From positions 1 to 55,656 of the forward strand of contig JBASAH010000485.1 in NCBI GenBank assembly GCA_049650505.1: a DNA stretch of 55,656 nt. The letters run 5' to 3'. The notes beneath the pieces are model-generated. The model did no database searches. It saw nothing but the letters and a program-made list of their open reading frames with translations, and was not told where the DNA came from. The translations under genes were made by a program, and so were the position numbers. Each line of letters starts with the position of its first letter. Position 1 is the first letter of the stretch. Positions 1 through 7,973 of this stretch are shown here, in pieces. Origin of the DNA: Xanthobacteraceae bacterium. GTDB taxonomy: Bacteria; Pseudomonadota; Alphaproteobacteria; Rhizobiales; Xanthobacteraceae.

Positions 1-1007
1 GCTGCCGCGGGACCAGGTCGGCGGCGCTTGCCGTTGCCGTGGCGCTCGCCTGGTGCGCGCTGTCGCTTCCGGCGACGGCGGCCGATTTTGTCATGAAGTT
101 CGGCACTGCGACGATCAACGAGACGCAGCATCAGTTCATTAAATTCTACAAAGAAGAACTCGAGAAGGCCTCCAGCGGTCGCATCGAGGTGCAGATCTAT
201 CCGGCAAGCCAGCTCGGTCCGATCCCGCGCGAGATCGAGGGCGTCCAGCTCGGCAATATCCAGGGTTATATCGGTCCGGTGGATTTCTTCGTCGGCGTCG
301 ATCCACGTTTTGGCGTGTTCTCCGCGCCGATGCTGTTCCGCGACGAACCGAACGCCGCCGCAACGGTCCATGATCCGGCGGTGCAAAAAGCAATGTTCGA
401 CCTAGCGGGGCCGAAGCGCATGGTCGGCATCGCCACTTTGGACCTCGGGTCGTCCAATTATGGCGCGAAGAATGCGATCATGCGGCTTGCCGATTTCAAC
501 GGCAAGAAGCTGCGCATCAACGGCACCGAGCTGGAGCGGCAAAAAATGGCCAGGCTGGGCGCCACGGGCATCGGCATGCCGCTTTCCGAGGTGGTCCCGG
601 CGCTCGATCAAGGCACCATCGATGGCACCATTTCCGGGCTCTCGGTCTTCGTCGCCTTCAAGATGAACGATCTTCTCAAAGTAGTCACGGTGACCAACGA
701 TACCTTCATCATCTCGATCGCGGTGGTGAGCAAACCGTGGCTCGACACGCTGCCGCCGGATTTGCAGAAAGTCGTCACCGAGGCCGGCGCCGCGGTGCAG
801 GCGAAGGCGCAGGCGTGGGAGGTGGATTTCACGAAAAAGTTGGCGAGCGACTGGACCGCGTTGGGCGGCACGGTGCATGCGCTGCCGACCGAAGATCTCG
901 CCCGCATGAAGACGCTGCTCGATCCAGTCGCCGACGAAACGACAAAGAGCCAGCCGGCCGTGCACGACATGCTGGAAATGGTTCGTGCCGCCGCGACAAG
1001 GCACTGA
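1..1007 (+). CDS. TRAP transporter solute-binding protein (DctP family); 5' end truncated by window edge
   Basis: The frame of track ORF 39..1007 stays open back to nt 3 (..RSAALAVAVALAWCALSLPATAADF looks like the end of a signal peptide). It is followed directly by DctQ- and DctM-like permease genes. Confidence 0.85.
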   Translation, partial: CRGTRSAALAVAVALAWCALSLPATAADFVMKFGTATINETQHQFIKFYKEELEKASSGRIEVQIYPASQLGPIPREIEGVQLGNIQGYIGPVDFFVGVDPRFGVFSAPMLFRDEPNAAATVHDPAVQKAMFDLAGPKRMVGIATLDLGSSNYGAKNAIMRLADFNGKKLRINGTELERQKMARLGATGIGMPLSEVVPALDQGTIDGTISGLSVFVAFKMNDLLKVVTVTNDTFIISIAVVSKPWLDTLPPDLQKVVTEAGAAVQAKAQAWEVDFTKKLASDWTALGGTVHALPTEDLARMKTLLDPVADETTKSQPAVHDMLEMVRAAATRH

Positions 1008-1030
1008 GCATCTTTCGACATTTCCCGGAA

Positions 1031-1062
1031 GCGCCCGCCGAAGGTTCAGCAACGGCGGGCGC
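1031..1062 (+). other. Intercistronic GC-rich stem-loop between the binding-protein and permease genes
   Basis: gcgcccgccg (1031-1040) pairs with cggcgggcgc (1053-1062) around a 12-nt loop. There is no T-tract, so it looks like an mRNA-stabilising or attenuating hairpin rather than a terminator. Confidence 0.35.
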
Positions 1063-1168
1063 GGATCCGGGATCGTCCCATACACGGATTCTGTAAAGAT
1101 CCCGGTTCAGGAGCGCATCATTTCAGGCTGCGCTGCGCCGGGATAAAGCACTCTCGGGGGATTGGCGC

Positions 1169-1681
1169 ATGACTGAAGTCCTCTCGCGCGGCGCTGCTGC
1201 GCTCATGGCGGCGCTGCGTATCGCGGCAGGAACGATGCTGGCTTTAAGCGTCGCAATCAATTTCGCCAACATCATCGGCCGCTATTTTCTGTCAGTGTCG
1301 CTGCCATGGGCCGAGGAAGCGATGCTGTTTCTGATGATCGGCTGCGTCTTCCTCGGCGCCGGTCCAGTCGGCTGGGCCGGCCGTCACATCCGCATGGATG
1401 TAGTGGTTTCGCTGTTGCCGCCGCGCGCGCGCAGGGCCTTTGACGTTCTGTCCGATCTTGCCACCATCGCGACGTGCCTGGCGCTGGCAATCTTCGCTTG
1501 GCCGGTCATGACCATGCTGGCGGAGCTCGATCAGCGCAGCCAATCCGCCAACATCCCGCTGGTCATTCCGCAGGCCGCGCTGCCGCTCGGGCTTGGGCTG
1601 ATGGCCCTCCTCGTCGCGGTTCGCCTCATCGTACAGGGGACGGCTCATCCCGACATCGTGGACGAGCCGGAGGTTGTCTGA
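1169..1681 (+). CDS. TRAP transporter small permease (DctQ family)
   Basis: 170-aa hydrophobic protein lying between the SBP and the large permease. Its stop overlaps the next start (tgatga at 1679-1684). Confidence 0.8.
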   Translation: MTEVLSRGAAALMAALRIAAGTMLALSVAINFANIIGRYFLSVSLPWAEEAMLFLMIGCVFLGAGPVGWAGRHIRMDVVVSLLPPRARRAFDVLSDLATIATCLALAIFAWPVMTMLAELDQRSQSANIPLVIPQAALPLGLGLMALLVAVRLIVQGTAHPDIVDEPEVV

Positions 1682-2961
1682 TGACGGCAGGCTTCTGCTA
1701 TTTCATCCTGCCGGCGATCTTGCTGATCCTCGGCCTGCCGATCTTCGTCGTCCTGATTCTCACCTCATTGGCCGCGATCGTCACCGTCGCGCATGTGCCG
1801 TTGCAGGCGATTCAGACCTACATGTTCGGCAGCCTGGACAACTTTCCATTGCTTGCCGTGCCGTTCTTCGTTCTCGCCGGCGAGATTATGGGCCGCGGCG
1901 GCATCGCCAATCGCGTCGTTACCTGGGTTGTTTCGATCATCGGCGGCGTGCGCGGCTCGCTCGCAGTGACGACCGTCGCCTCATCGGAATTGTTCGGCGC
2001 GATGGCGCATACCTCGGTCGGCACGGTCGTCGCCATCGGCCGTTTGTTGTTTCCATCGTTGACCAAGCACGGTTACTCCGAGCGCTTCGCCGTCAGTCTG
2101 ATTACCTCATCCGGCGCAGTTGCCGTGATCATCCCACCGTCGATCTCGATGATCCTTTACGCGATGACGGCGCAAGTTTCGGCGATTAAACTGTTTACCG
2201 CTGGCATATTGCCGAGCGTTTTGATTGGCGTCGTCGACGCCGTTTATGTGCTGATCTATGCGCGCATCAAGATGGTGCCGCTGTCCTCGCCGGCGCGCTG
2301 GAAGAATATCTGGACTTCCACCAAGGAAGCGAGCTGGGCGATCGGCACGATCGTCGTGATCTTCGGCGGCATCTATGGCGGCGTGTTCACGCCGACCGAA
2401 GCCGCCGGCGTCGCCGTAGTTTATTCGCTGTTTGTCGCGATGTTTATCTATCGCGAAGTAGACCTGACCGAACTGTGGCGCATCATCGTCAGTTCGGTGG
2501 TACTGATTTCGCAAATTCTGATCATCGTCACCGGCGCCGGCATTTATTCATGGCTGATGACCACAAGCGGCATTCCGCAGAAGCTGATCAATGCGGTCAG
2601 CGCGCTCCACTTGCCGCACTGGCAAACGCTGTTGTTCGTCAATGTCGGATTATTGCTGGCCGGCAGCTTTCTTGAACCGCCGGCCGCGATCCTCATTCTC
2701 ACGCCGCTACTTCTTCCGGTGGTCGAAGCCGCCGGCGTCAATGCGCTGCACTTCGGCATCATCATGGCGGTGAATTTGAGCATCGGGCTCTATATGCCAC
2801 CGTTTGGACTGAACTTGTTCGCCGCCCGCGCCATCTTCACCGTGCCCATGGGCACGATCTATCGCGGCGTGATGCCGTTCATCGCGGTTAATTTCTTGGC
2901 GCTGTTGGTGATTACCTACGTGCCGGCGATCTCGATGGCGCTGGTCGGCGCGGTGCGATGA
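1681..2961 (+). CDS. TRAP transporter large permease (DctM family)
   Basis: The ATG at 1681 is in frame with track ORF 1474..2961. The 426-aa polytopic membrane protein starts MTAGFCYFILPAILLILGLPIFVVL. The upstream 69 codons are Arg/Gly-rich and overlap dctQ, so I reject them. Confidence 0.88.
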   Translation: MTAGFCYFILPAILLILGLPIFVVLILTSLAAIVTVAHVPLQAIQTYMFGSLDNFPLLAVPFFVLAGEIMGRGGIANRVVTWVVSIIGGVRGSLAVTTVASSELFGAMAHTSVGTVVAIGRLLFPSLTKHGYSERFAVSLITSSGAVAVIIPPSISMILYAMTAQVSAIKLFTAGILPSVLIGVVDAVYVLIYARIKMVPLSSPARWKNIWTSTKEASWAIGTIVVIFGGIYGGVFTPTEAAGVAVVYSLFVAMFIYREVDLTELWRIIVSSVVLISQILIIVTGAGIYSWLMTTSGIPQKLINAVSALHLPHWQTLLFVNVGLLLAGSFLEPPAAILILTPLLLPVVEAAGVNALHFGIIMAVNLSIGLYMPPFGLNLFAARAIFTVPMGTIYRGVMPFIAVNFLALLVITYVPAISMALVGAVR

Positions 2962-2977
2962 GCAGCAGCTGTGCTAC

Positions 2978-3056
2978 TCATTCCCGCGGAAGCGGGAAGC
3001 CAGCTAAAACTTAATTGGTCTATCGGTTTTCTGGATCCCCGCCTTCGCGGGGACAA
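2978..3056. repeat. Two short REP-like hairpins
   Basis: The hairpins are ttcccgc-ggaa-gcgggaa (2981-2998) and ccccgc-cttc-gcgggg (3037-3052). They resemble the 'cattcccgcgaaggcgggaa' intergenic repeat common in Bradyrhizobiaceae-type genomes. Confidence 0.6.
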
Positions 3057-3089
3057 GCGAATAACAATGGGCGCTTCAACGATTTCGCC

Positions 3090-3179
3090 CTACACGACAT
3101 TTTTGTTGAAATAACTCGAGCCCCAGATCACCAACACCCAGATCGAGAACAGGACTGCCAGTGCTATGACGACTTCCAT
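3090..3179 (-). CDS. Possible 29-aa hydrophobic micro-protein (MEVVIALAVLFSIWVLVIWGSSYFNKNVV)
   Basis: Hand-translated ATG..TAG ORF, below the track's size cut-off. It has one predicted TM helix and lies 52 nt downstream of the 64-aa ORF on the same strand. No homology support. Confidence 0.25.
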   Translation of the reverse strand: MEVVIALAVLFSIWVLVIWGSSYFNKNVV

Positions 3180-3231
3180 CGCGTTCCCTCCCTTAAATCT
3201 CGTCCGCGGCCGCTTCGAACTGGTGGCGACT

Positions 3232-3426
3232 TCAATCGGTGTCCCGCGGCGTGGCGATTACGCTATCGGCGGCAGCGCAGCGCCGGGTCAATTCGGCCTG
3301 CAGGCGCCCTGCCTCCTCTTCCATTCCCATCCAGCGCAGCTTGCGAATGCGTTTGACAAGATCGTTCGCTCTGCTCTCGCTTTCCGGCGGATCATGAGGC
3401 TTTGGCTGTTGGAGCGTCATTGGCAT
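3232..3426 (-). CDS. Small hypothetical protein, 64 aa (MPMTLQQPKPHDPPESESRANDLVKRIRKLRWMGMEEEAGRLQAEL..)
   Basis: An internal ATG at 3426 is preceded by GGGAGGA 5 nt upstream. The longer track ORF (to 3666) would run through the repeats. The RKLRWMGMEEEA motif resembles small conserved proteins I recall from Bradyrhizobiaceae. Confidence 0.5.
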   Translation of the reverse strand: MPMTLQQPKPHDPPESESRANDLVKRIRKLRWMGMEEEAGRLQAELTRRCAAADSVIATPRDTD

Positions 3427-3475
3427 GAACGTCCTCCCAGATACGCGTTTGCTTTTTCGTTTTCTTTCGTGCGCG

Positions 3476-3537
3476 ACGGCCCCAACCGATGGCGGGCAGA
3501 TCGTGTACGGCCCCAACCGATGGCGGGCAGATCGTGC
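3476..3537. repeat. Tandem direct repeat, two copies with 31-bp period
   Basis: acggccccaaccgatggcgggcagatcgtg occurs identically at 3476-3505 and 3507-3536. It lies 50-110 nt upstream of the 3426 start codon. Confidence 0.9.
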
Positions 3538-3626
3538 CCGCCTCGCCGCATCGTTAGCTTTTACCGATCGACCGTCGTGCGCAAGAGTGCAGGAGTGCGC
3601 CGCAACATATTGCGGCGAAAGCTTGA

Positions 3627-3703
3627 CTAGTGTCCCGATTCCGAAGTTTGCATGCTTTATCGACACGCCTTCATGCGAACTTCGGAATCAAAAGGGACAC
3701 TAG
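3627..3703. repeat. 77-nt palindromic (REPIN/MITE-like) element, copy A
   Basis: Arms are ctagtgtccc-gattccgaagtt..aacttcggaatc-aaaa-gggacactag. The stem extends through gcatg/catgc and has a 4-nt AAAA bulge on the 3' arm. Confidence 0.85.
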
Positions 3704-3716
3704 CAAGTATGCAATT

Positions 3717-3793
3717 CTAGTGCGGTTTTTGGATTTGAAGTTCCTATAAGAGCTTCCGACTGAAGTGTAGGAACTTCAAATCCACCGCACTAG
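3717..3793. repeat. 77-nt palindromic element, copy B (opposite orientation to A)
   Basis: Arms are ctagtgcggt-tttt-ggatttgaagttccta..taggaacttcaaatcc-accgcactag. It has the same length, the same CTAGTG/CACTAG ends and the same GAAGTT core as copy A, but the bulge (TTTT) is on the 5' arm. Confidence 0.85.
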
Positions 3794-3888
3794 CCGCCGG
3801 CGATCTCGAAAGCGGCGGTCGTTTCCTGCACAGGTGTCGGATAGTCTGGCGAGGCTTTCGCAATGTTTCGCCGATAAACGCATCGACG

Positions 3889-4207
3889 TCACGTAGCACC
3901 GGCACAAGAAAATCTCAGAAATGGGGCAACCGCCGCCATGATGATGAAATGCCCGACGCGGCGATAGGTCAGCACTGTTGCGGCATTGCCGGCGGCAACC
4001 AGACGGGCGGCGAGCCGCGTGGAATTGCCGGGCTCCACCAGCCGGTCGCGGCCGCCGGGCATCAACAAGGCCGGCGGCGCCGGGCGAAACATGGAAGATC
4101 GGTTGCGTCTCGGGCCGATCAGTACCGCCGAAAATCACTTTGGGTTTTTCGTCGCGCAACGGCATCAATTCGTAGGGTCCGGCGAGACAAATCATGGCGT
4201 TCGGCAC
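3889..4207 (-). pseudogene. C-terminal remnant of an alpha/beta-hydrolase (esterase), frameshifted and N-terminally truncated
   Basis: Frame 1 reads ICLAGPYELMPLRDEKPKVIFGGTDRPETQPIFHV. Frame 2 continues PPALLMPGGRDRLVEPGNSTRLAARLVAAGNAATVLTYRRVGHF, which matches the typical esterase C-terminus pattern (PxLLxHGxxDxxV..H). The roughly 180 N-terminal residues with the nucleophile elbow are absent. Confidence 0.65.
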
Positions 4208-4245
4208 GCGGCCGCCGGAGCGAGGAGAACGAAACCGATACTAAC

Positions 4246-4270
4246 GGAACCGCGCGCCACGTAAGGCGTT
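4246..4270 (+). promoter_or_regulatory. EcfG-type (general stress response sigma) promoter motif GGAAC-N16-CGTT
   Basis: GGAAC at 4246-4250, a 16-nt spacer, then CGTT at 4267-4270. It lies 105 nt upstream of the ATG at 4375 in the correct orientation. Confidence 0.55.
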
Positions 4271-4374
4271 AATTCAACGCTCGCTCGCCAGGTCGGGCGC
4301 CGAGGCAAAAGGCAGCCTCCGGTTCGTGAAGTGCTTTCAGCGTTCCAGGCGACCTCATTTCAACGCACTGGAGT

Positions 4375-4797
4375 ATGGTTCTGCTCGGAGCGGCCCTGAT
4401 GGTGTTCTCTCTCCTTGCGTATTTTTTCTCGATGGTGACCGCTTTTGCGGTGGCGATGACGGTCCTCGTCGGCTTCGGCGATTCGCAACTGCGCTCAAGC
4501 CGTCTGCGCTATCCCGCGGTCGCGGAGGTCGTGAACGTCAACCGCGATGCGCTTGCGGAAGCGGAAAAGGCCAAAGAGGCGCAAAGGGCTGAGGAGGCGC
4601 GGAAAGCTGCTGAGGCGGAAGCACGGGAAAACGCCAAGAAGCTTGCACGCGCCAAACTCCTGCGCGAACGCAAGCAAGCCATGTTGGCGCGCCTGCAGCA
4701 GCAGCGCGAGCAGGGCGGGAACTCATTGGCGTTTGGTTATGCGGAACCGTACTCCGACGGCGCAGGGTTATATTCGTTCGCGCCGCGCTACCGCTGA
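4375..4797 (+). CDS. Membrane-anchored hypothetical protein with a charged Ala/Glu/Lys/Arg coiled-coil region
   Basis: The 140-aa product has an N-terminal hydrophobic segment (MVLLGAALMVFSLLAYFFSMVTAFAVAMTVLVGF) followed by AEAEKAKEAQRAEEARKAAEAEARENAKKLARAKLL. I recognise no family. Confidence 0.55.
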   Translation: MVLLGAALMVFSLLAYFFSMVTAFAVAMTVLVGFGDSQLRSSRLRYPAVAEVVNVNRDALAEAEKAKEAQRAEEARKAAEAEARENAKKLARAKLLRERKQAMLARLQQQREQGGNSLAFGYAEPYSDGAGLYSFAPRYR

Positions 4798-4850
4798 TTT
4801 CAGGTTTTCGTTGCTCGCGGTTGCTGACCGCATAGTTGCAATTTCGTATT

Positions 4851-6653
4851 TTATTTCACCGGCGCCGCATCGGGAATGAAGCGGCTGCCGAACACCGGCT
4901 CTTTATGTGGCGTCGGCGGCAACTGCCATGCGCCAGTCGAGGGCGGCCGCACTTCGGCATCGACATGCACGTCAAGCACGAATGGCTTGTTCGCCCGGAT
5001 GGCGTGTTCAAGGGCGCCCGCAAAATCCTCCGACTTACTGACCGTAAGCGCATCCACACCGCTGGCCTTCGCCCAAGCCGCGAAATCGGGATTGTACGGT
5101 TTCTTGTTCGCGCCCTGATGGAACATGGTGCCGTGTTCGCGGCCGTCAAACATTCCCAGTTGAATATCGCGTATCGAAACCCAGCCGAAATTGTTCCATA
5201 TCACCCACACGACCGGAATGTTGTATTCGACCGCGGTGCAGAGCACATGGGGAACCATGGTGAAGCAGCCGTCGCCGGTTACCGCCACAACCGGCCGATC
5301 CGGCGCCGCAAGCTTTGCACCCAATGCGCCGGCGGCGCCGAATCCCATGCCGGAAAAGCCCCAGGAATTGAGCATCGTTTGCGGTCGGTGCGCCTTCCAA
5401 AATTGCATGTACCAATTGTGGCTGACGCCGACATCGCAGCAAATGATCCCATCCGGCGGGATGACCGACTGGCAATCCGCCACCACGCGCTCGGGGCGCA
5501 TCGGACTGGAATGCAATGCGAAATTTGGCTGGACGAATTCGTCCCAGGTCGCGCGCCATTCGGCGATCTCAGCGAGCCATGGCTTGGTTGCAGACCGCGT
5601 GGCACGATCCGTACCGTGCTGTTCAAGTTCGGTAAGCAGCTGCCGCAAGAACGTGCGTGCGTCGGCCACCAGCGCAAGGTCTGGCGGATAATTGCGCCCG
5701 AGTTCGGTCGGATCGATGTCGACATGGATGAGCTTGGTGTTTGGAAAATTCCAGGAATAGCCAGGCAGCCATGACGAGGCCGAGCGATCGTCGAACCGCG
5801 CCCCGATTGCAATCACAAGGTCAGCGCGGCGTCCGGCCTCATTGGCTGGAAAGGCGCCGTTGCGGCCGATAAAGCCGAGCGACAGCGGGTCTGCCATGTC
5901 GATGCAGCCCATGCCGTTCGGCGAGGAAATCACCGGGATACCGAGGGTCTTGGTAAACTCGGTCAATTCACGACTTGCTTCTGACAGCGTTACGCCGTGA
6001 CCGATGAAGATCACTGGACGTCGGGCTGCAAGGATCATGGCGAGCGCCCGTGAAACCTCCTCAGGCGAGGCGCCGCTTCGTTGCGCATTGAGCGGCGGCG
6101 CCGCCGCCGGCACTTCCACTTCATCTTCTTCCTGGAAGACGTTGAAGGGCACGTCGAGGTTTACCGGTCCCGGCCGGCCCGTGAGCATCGCCGTCATCGC
6201 CTGCCGCAATGCAAGCGGCAGCATATCGACTCGGGTCGGTTGAAAGCTGCGCTTGACCACCGGCCGCACGATATTGACGAAGTCAGCCTGATAGTGGCGA
6301 TTGATTTCCTGAAACGGACTGCGGTTGAATTGAGAGGTCGGCACGTTAGCAGTGATGGCCAAGAGGGCCGAAGAATCGCTCAGTGCGCAGGCGAGCGGCA
6401 TGATGATGTTGCATGAACCTGGCCCGCACGACGTCAGTGTTGCGACCGGCTCGTGACGGACACGAAAATAAGCGTCGGCCATGTGCGCGGCGACTTGCTC
6501 GTGACGCGGCGAAATAAGCTTGATGCGGTCGCGCGCCTGATAGAGCGGATCGAGCATGCCGACATTGCCGTGACCGCAAATGCCGAACACGTAAGGAATA
6601 GCGTTGGCGATCAGGTATTCGGTTATCAGCTCGGCGCCCTTCATGCGTGGCAT
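4851..6653 (-). CDS. Thiamine-pyrophosphate-dependent enzyme (acetolactate synthase large-subunit-like family)
   Basis: The 600-aa product has the N-terminal TPP pyrimidine-binding pattern (GICGHGNV.., TSCGPGSCN) and a C-terminal GDG..(N) TPP/Mg motif (VTGDGCF...WNN). AGGTGA sits upstream of the ATG at 6653. Confidence 0.85.
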   Translation of the reverse strand: MPRMKGAELITEYLIANAIPYVFGICGHGNVGMLDPLYQARDRIKLISPRHEQVAAHMADAYFRVRHEPVATLTSCGPGSCNIIMPLACALSDSSALLAITANVPTSQFNRSPFQEINRHYQADFVNIVRPVVKRSFQPTRVDMLPLALRQAMTAMLTGRPGPVNLDVPFNVFQEEDEVEVPAAAPPLNAQRSGASPEEVSRALAMILAARRPVIFIGHGVTLSEASRELTEFTKTLGIPVISSPNGMGCIDMADPLSLGFIGRNGAFPANEAGRRADLVIAIGARFDDRSASSWLPGYSWNFPNTKLIHVDIDPTELGRNYPPDLALVADARTFLRQLLTELEQHGTDRATRSATKPWLAEIAEWRATWDEFVQPNFALHSSPMRPERVVADCQSVIPPDGIICCDVGVSHNWYMQFWKAHRPQTMLNSWGFSGMGFGAAGALGAKLAAPDRPVVAVTGDGCFTMVPHVLCTAVEYNIPVVWVIWNNFGWVSIRDIQLGMFDGREHGTMFHQGANKKPYNPDFAAWAKASGVDALTVSKSEDFAGALEHAIRANKPFVLDVHVDAEVRPPSTGAWQLPPTPHKEPVFGSRFIPDAAPVK

Positions 6654-6804
6654 CGGTTCACCTAAATCGGTTGCTGACGGCTTGCTGGTTGATGTGCTGG
6701 CGTAGCGCAGCGGTCGGTCATGATAATCACTATATTTGACACAAGCGAGAGTGCATCGCCAACTCAGGTGCCAAGCCGGAATCGACGGTGTTCATAATGT
6801 CCAC

Positions 6805-7954
6805 TTACACGGCCGCTTGATCCCGCAGCCCCGACTGCTGTAGCAACGGATAAGTCACGTCGCGGATTTCGCGCATCCCTTCGATGTAGCGCGGCCAGGA
6901 CAGCAGCACGCCATCGAGCCCAATCTTGGACAATGTGGCGAGCCCGTCGACGATCTGTTCTCTGGTGCCGATGAGCGGGAAGCCGCCCCAGCCGGCAATC
7001 ATCATCTGCCATGGCGTTGCGGCGCTCTTGCGGATAGTCGCGCTGGTTGATCTCCGCGGCCATCGTATCGATGACATTGCGGGCGGCAATCCAGTCACCC
7101 TTTTCGTGTACATAATAATGATAGAAGTCACGCGCCTCCTTCTCGGTCTCAGCTTGCACGATCGTGGCGTTGCTCCACACCCGCACCTCGCGACCATAAG
7201 TTTCCCTCGCCATCTTATGGTAGGCCGCGACATGCGCCGTATTGGTCGCGATGTCGTGAGAGCGGATATTGGTAAAGACGAGATCGCAGTGCTGGCAGGC
7301 GAAACGACGTCCGCGCTCCGACGAGCCGGCATTCATGATGACCGGATGCGGCTGCTGGATCGGTTTCGGCTGCAAGTAACCGCCCTTGATGCGATAGAAC
7401 TTGCCCTCGAAGTCGAACTTCTCGTCGTCCTGCCACAGCCGCTTGACGATCGTCACCCATTCCTCGGCGCAGGCGTAACGGTCCTCGTGCTCAAGCAGCG
7501 AGACACCGAACATTTCCATTTCCGGAAAATTCCAGCCGTTGACGACATTGAGCGTGTAGCGGCCATTTGAGATGTGGTCGATGACGGTCGATTGCTTGGC
7601 GGCGACAAGCGGGTGATTGAGCGCGACATGCGAGGTCGAGATTACGCCGGAATGCCGTGTCGCCGCGGCAATACCCGCTGCCCAGGTGAACGTCTCGAAG
7701 CCCGGGCCTTGTGGATCGGTCGCGCCACCGAAGCCGCGCCAGCGCGCCACGGGCACCAGCGCTTCGAATTCCATCTCGTCGGCGAGCTGAGCCAGCGTCA
7801 CCGTGTTCGGCCAGGTGATTTCCAACCGGCCATCGAGGTCCGACATCACGCAGCCGGAGTCGAGATTGGTCTGGAACGTGCCGAGCTTGAGCTTGCGCGA
7901 ACCGAGCGCTGGGTTGACCTCGCGCCGGTCTATTTGATGGGGCCTTGGCGTCAT
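6805..7954 (-). pseudogene. LLM-class flavin-dependent monooxygenase (SfnG/SsuD-like), reading frame broken near 7000-7030
   Basis: The N-terminal ~310 aa in the frame of ORF 6764..7954 look like SfnG (NVVNGWNFPEMEMFGVSLLEHEDRY..KPIQQPHPVIMNAGSS). After ..RDYPQERRNAMA that frame turns into Arg-rich nonsense. The conserved C-terminus (MMIAGWGGFPLIGTREQIVDGLATLSKIGLDGVLLSW) is in the frame of ORF 6805..7332. The switch lies at a GATGATGAT run. Confidence 0.75.
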
Positions 7955-7973
7955 CCCCGCGCCCGACGGTGTG

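Noticed and set aside
402-1085. Long antisense or shadow ORFs opposite well-supported genes. Examples: 402..1085 -, 4836..5774 +, 8689..9564 +, 10205..11065 -, 16675..17451 +, 35946..36587 +, 41375..42139 -, 53857..54561 -, 55120..55605 -.
   Set aside because: Each overlaps a gene with strong family-level sequence signatures on the other strand or frame. Each has Arg/Pro/Gly-rich composition typical of non-coding frames in GC-rich DNA, and none has a convincing RBS.
1474-1680. N-terminal extensions offered by the ORF track for many genes. Examples: 1474 for dctM, 12048 for the FAD subunit, 13030 for the Moco subunit, 18735 for the HWE kinase, 26496 for ADH, 28139 for GATase, 28942 for Crp, 35258 for SDR, 9444/9907/10002 for the stress genes.
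   Set aside because: The extensions overlap the preceding gene or read as Arg-rich nonsense. Internal ATGs with Shine-Dalgarno-like sequences coincide with the point where family-typical sequence begins.
3735-3775. The arms of palindromic element B (gaagttcctata ... gtgtaggaacttc) look like the 13-bp arms of the yeast FLP FRT site (GAAGTTCCTATAC/GTATAGGAACTTC). That would hint at an engineered scar.
   Set aside because: The spacer is about 16-21 nt instead of 8. The second arm differs from FRT. No third arm or pKD-type priming sites flank it. The match is embedded in a longer native-looking 77-nt palindrome that has a diverged sister copy next to it. I treat it as coincidence.
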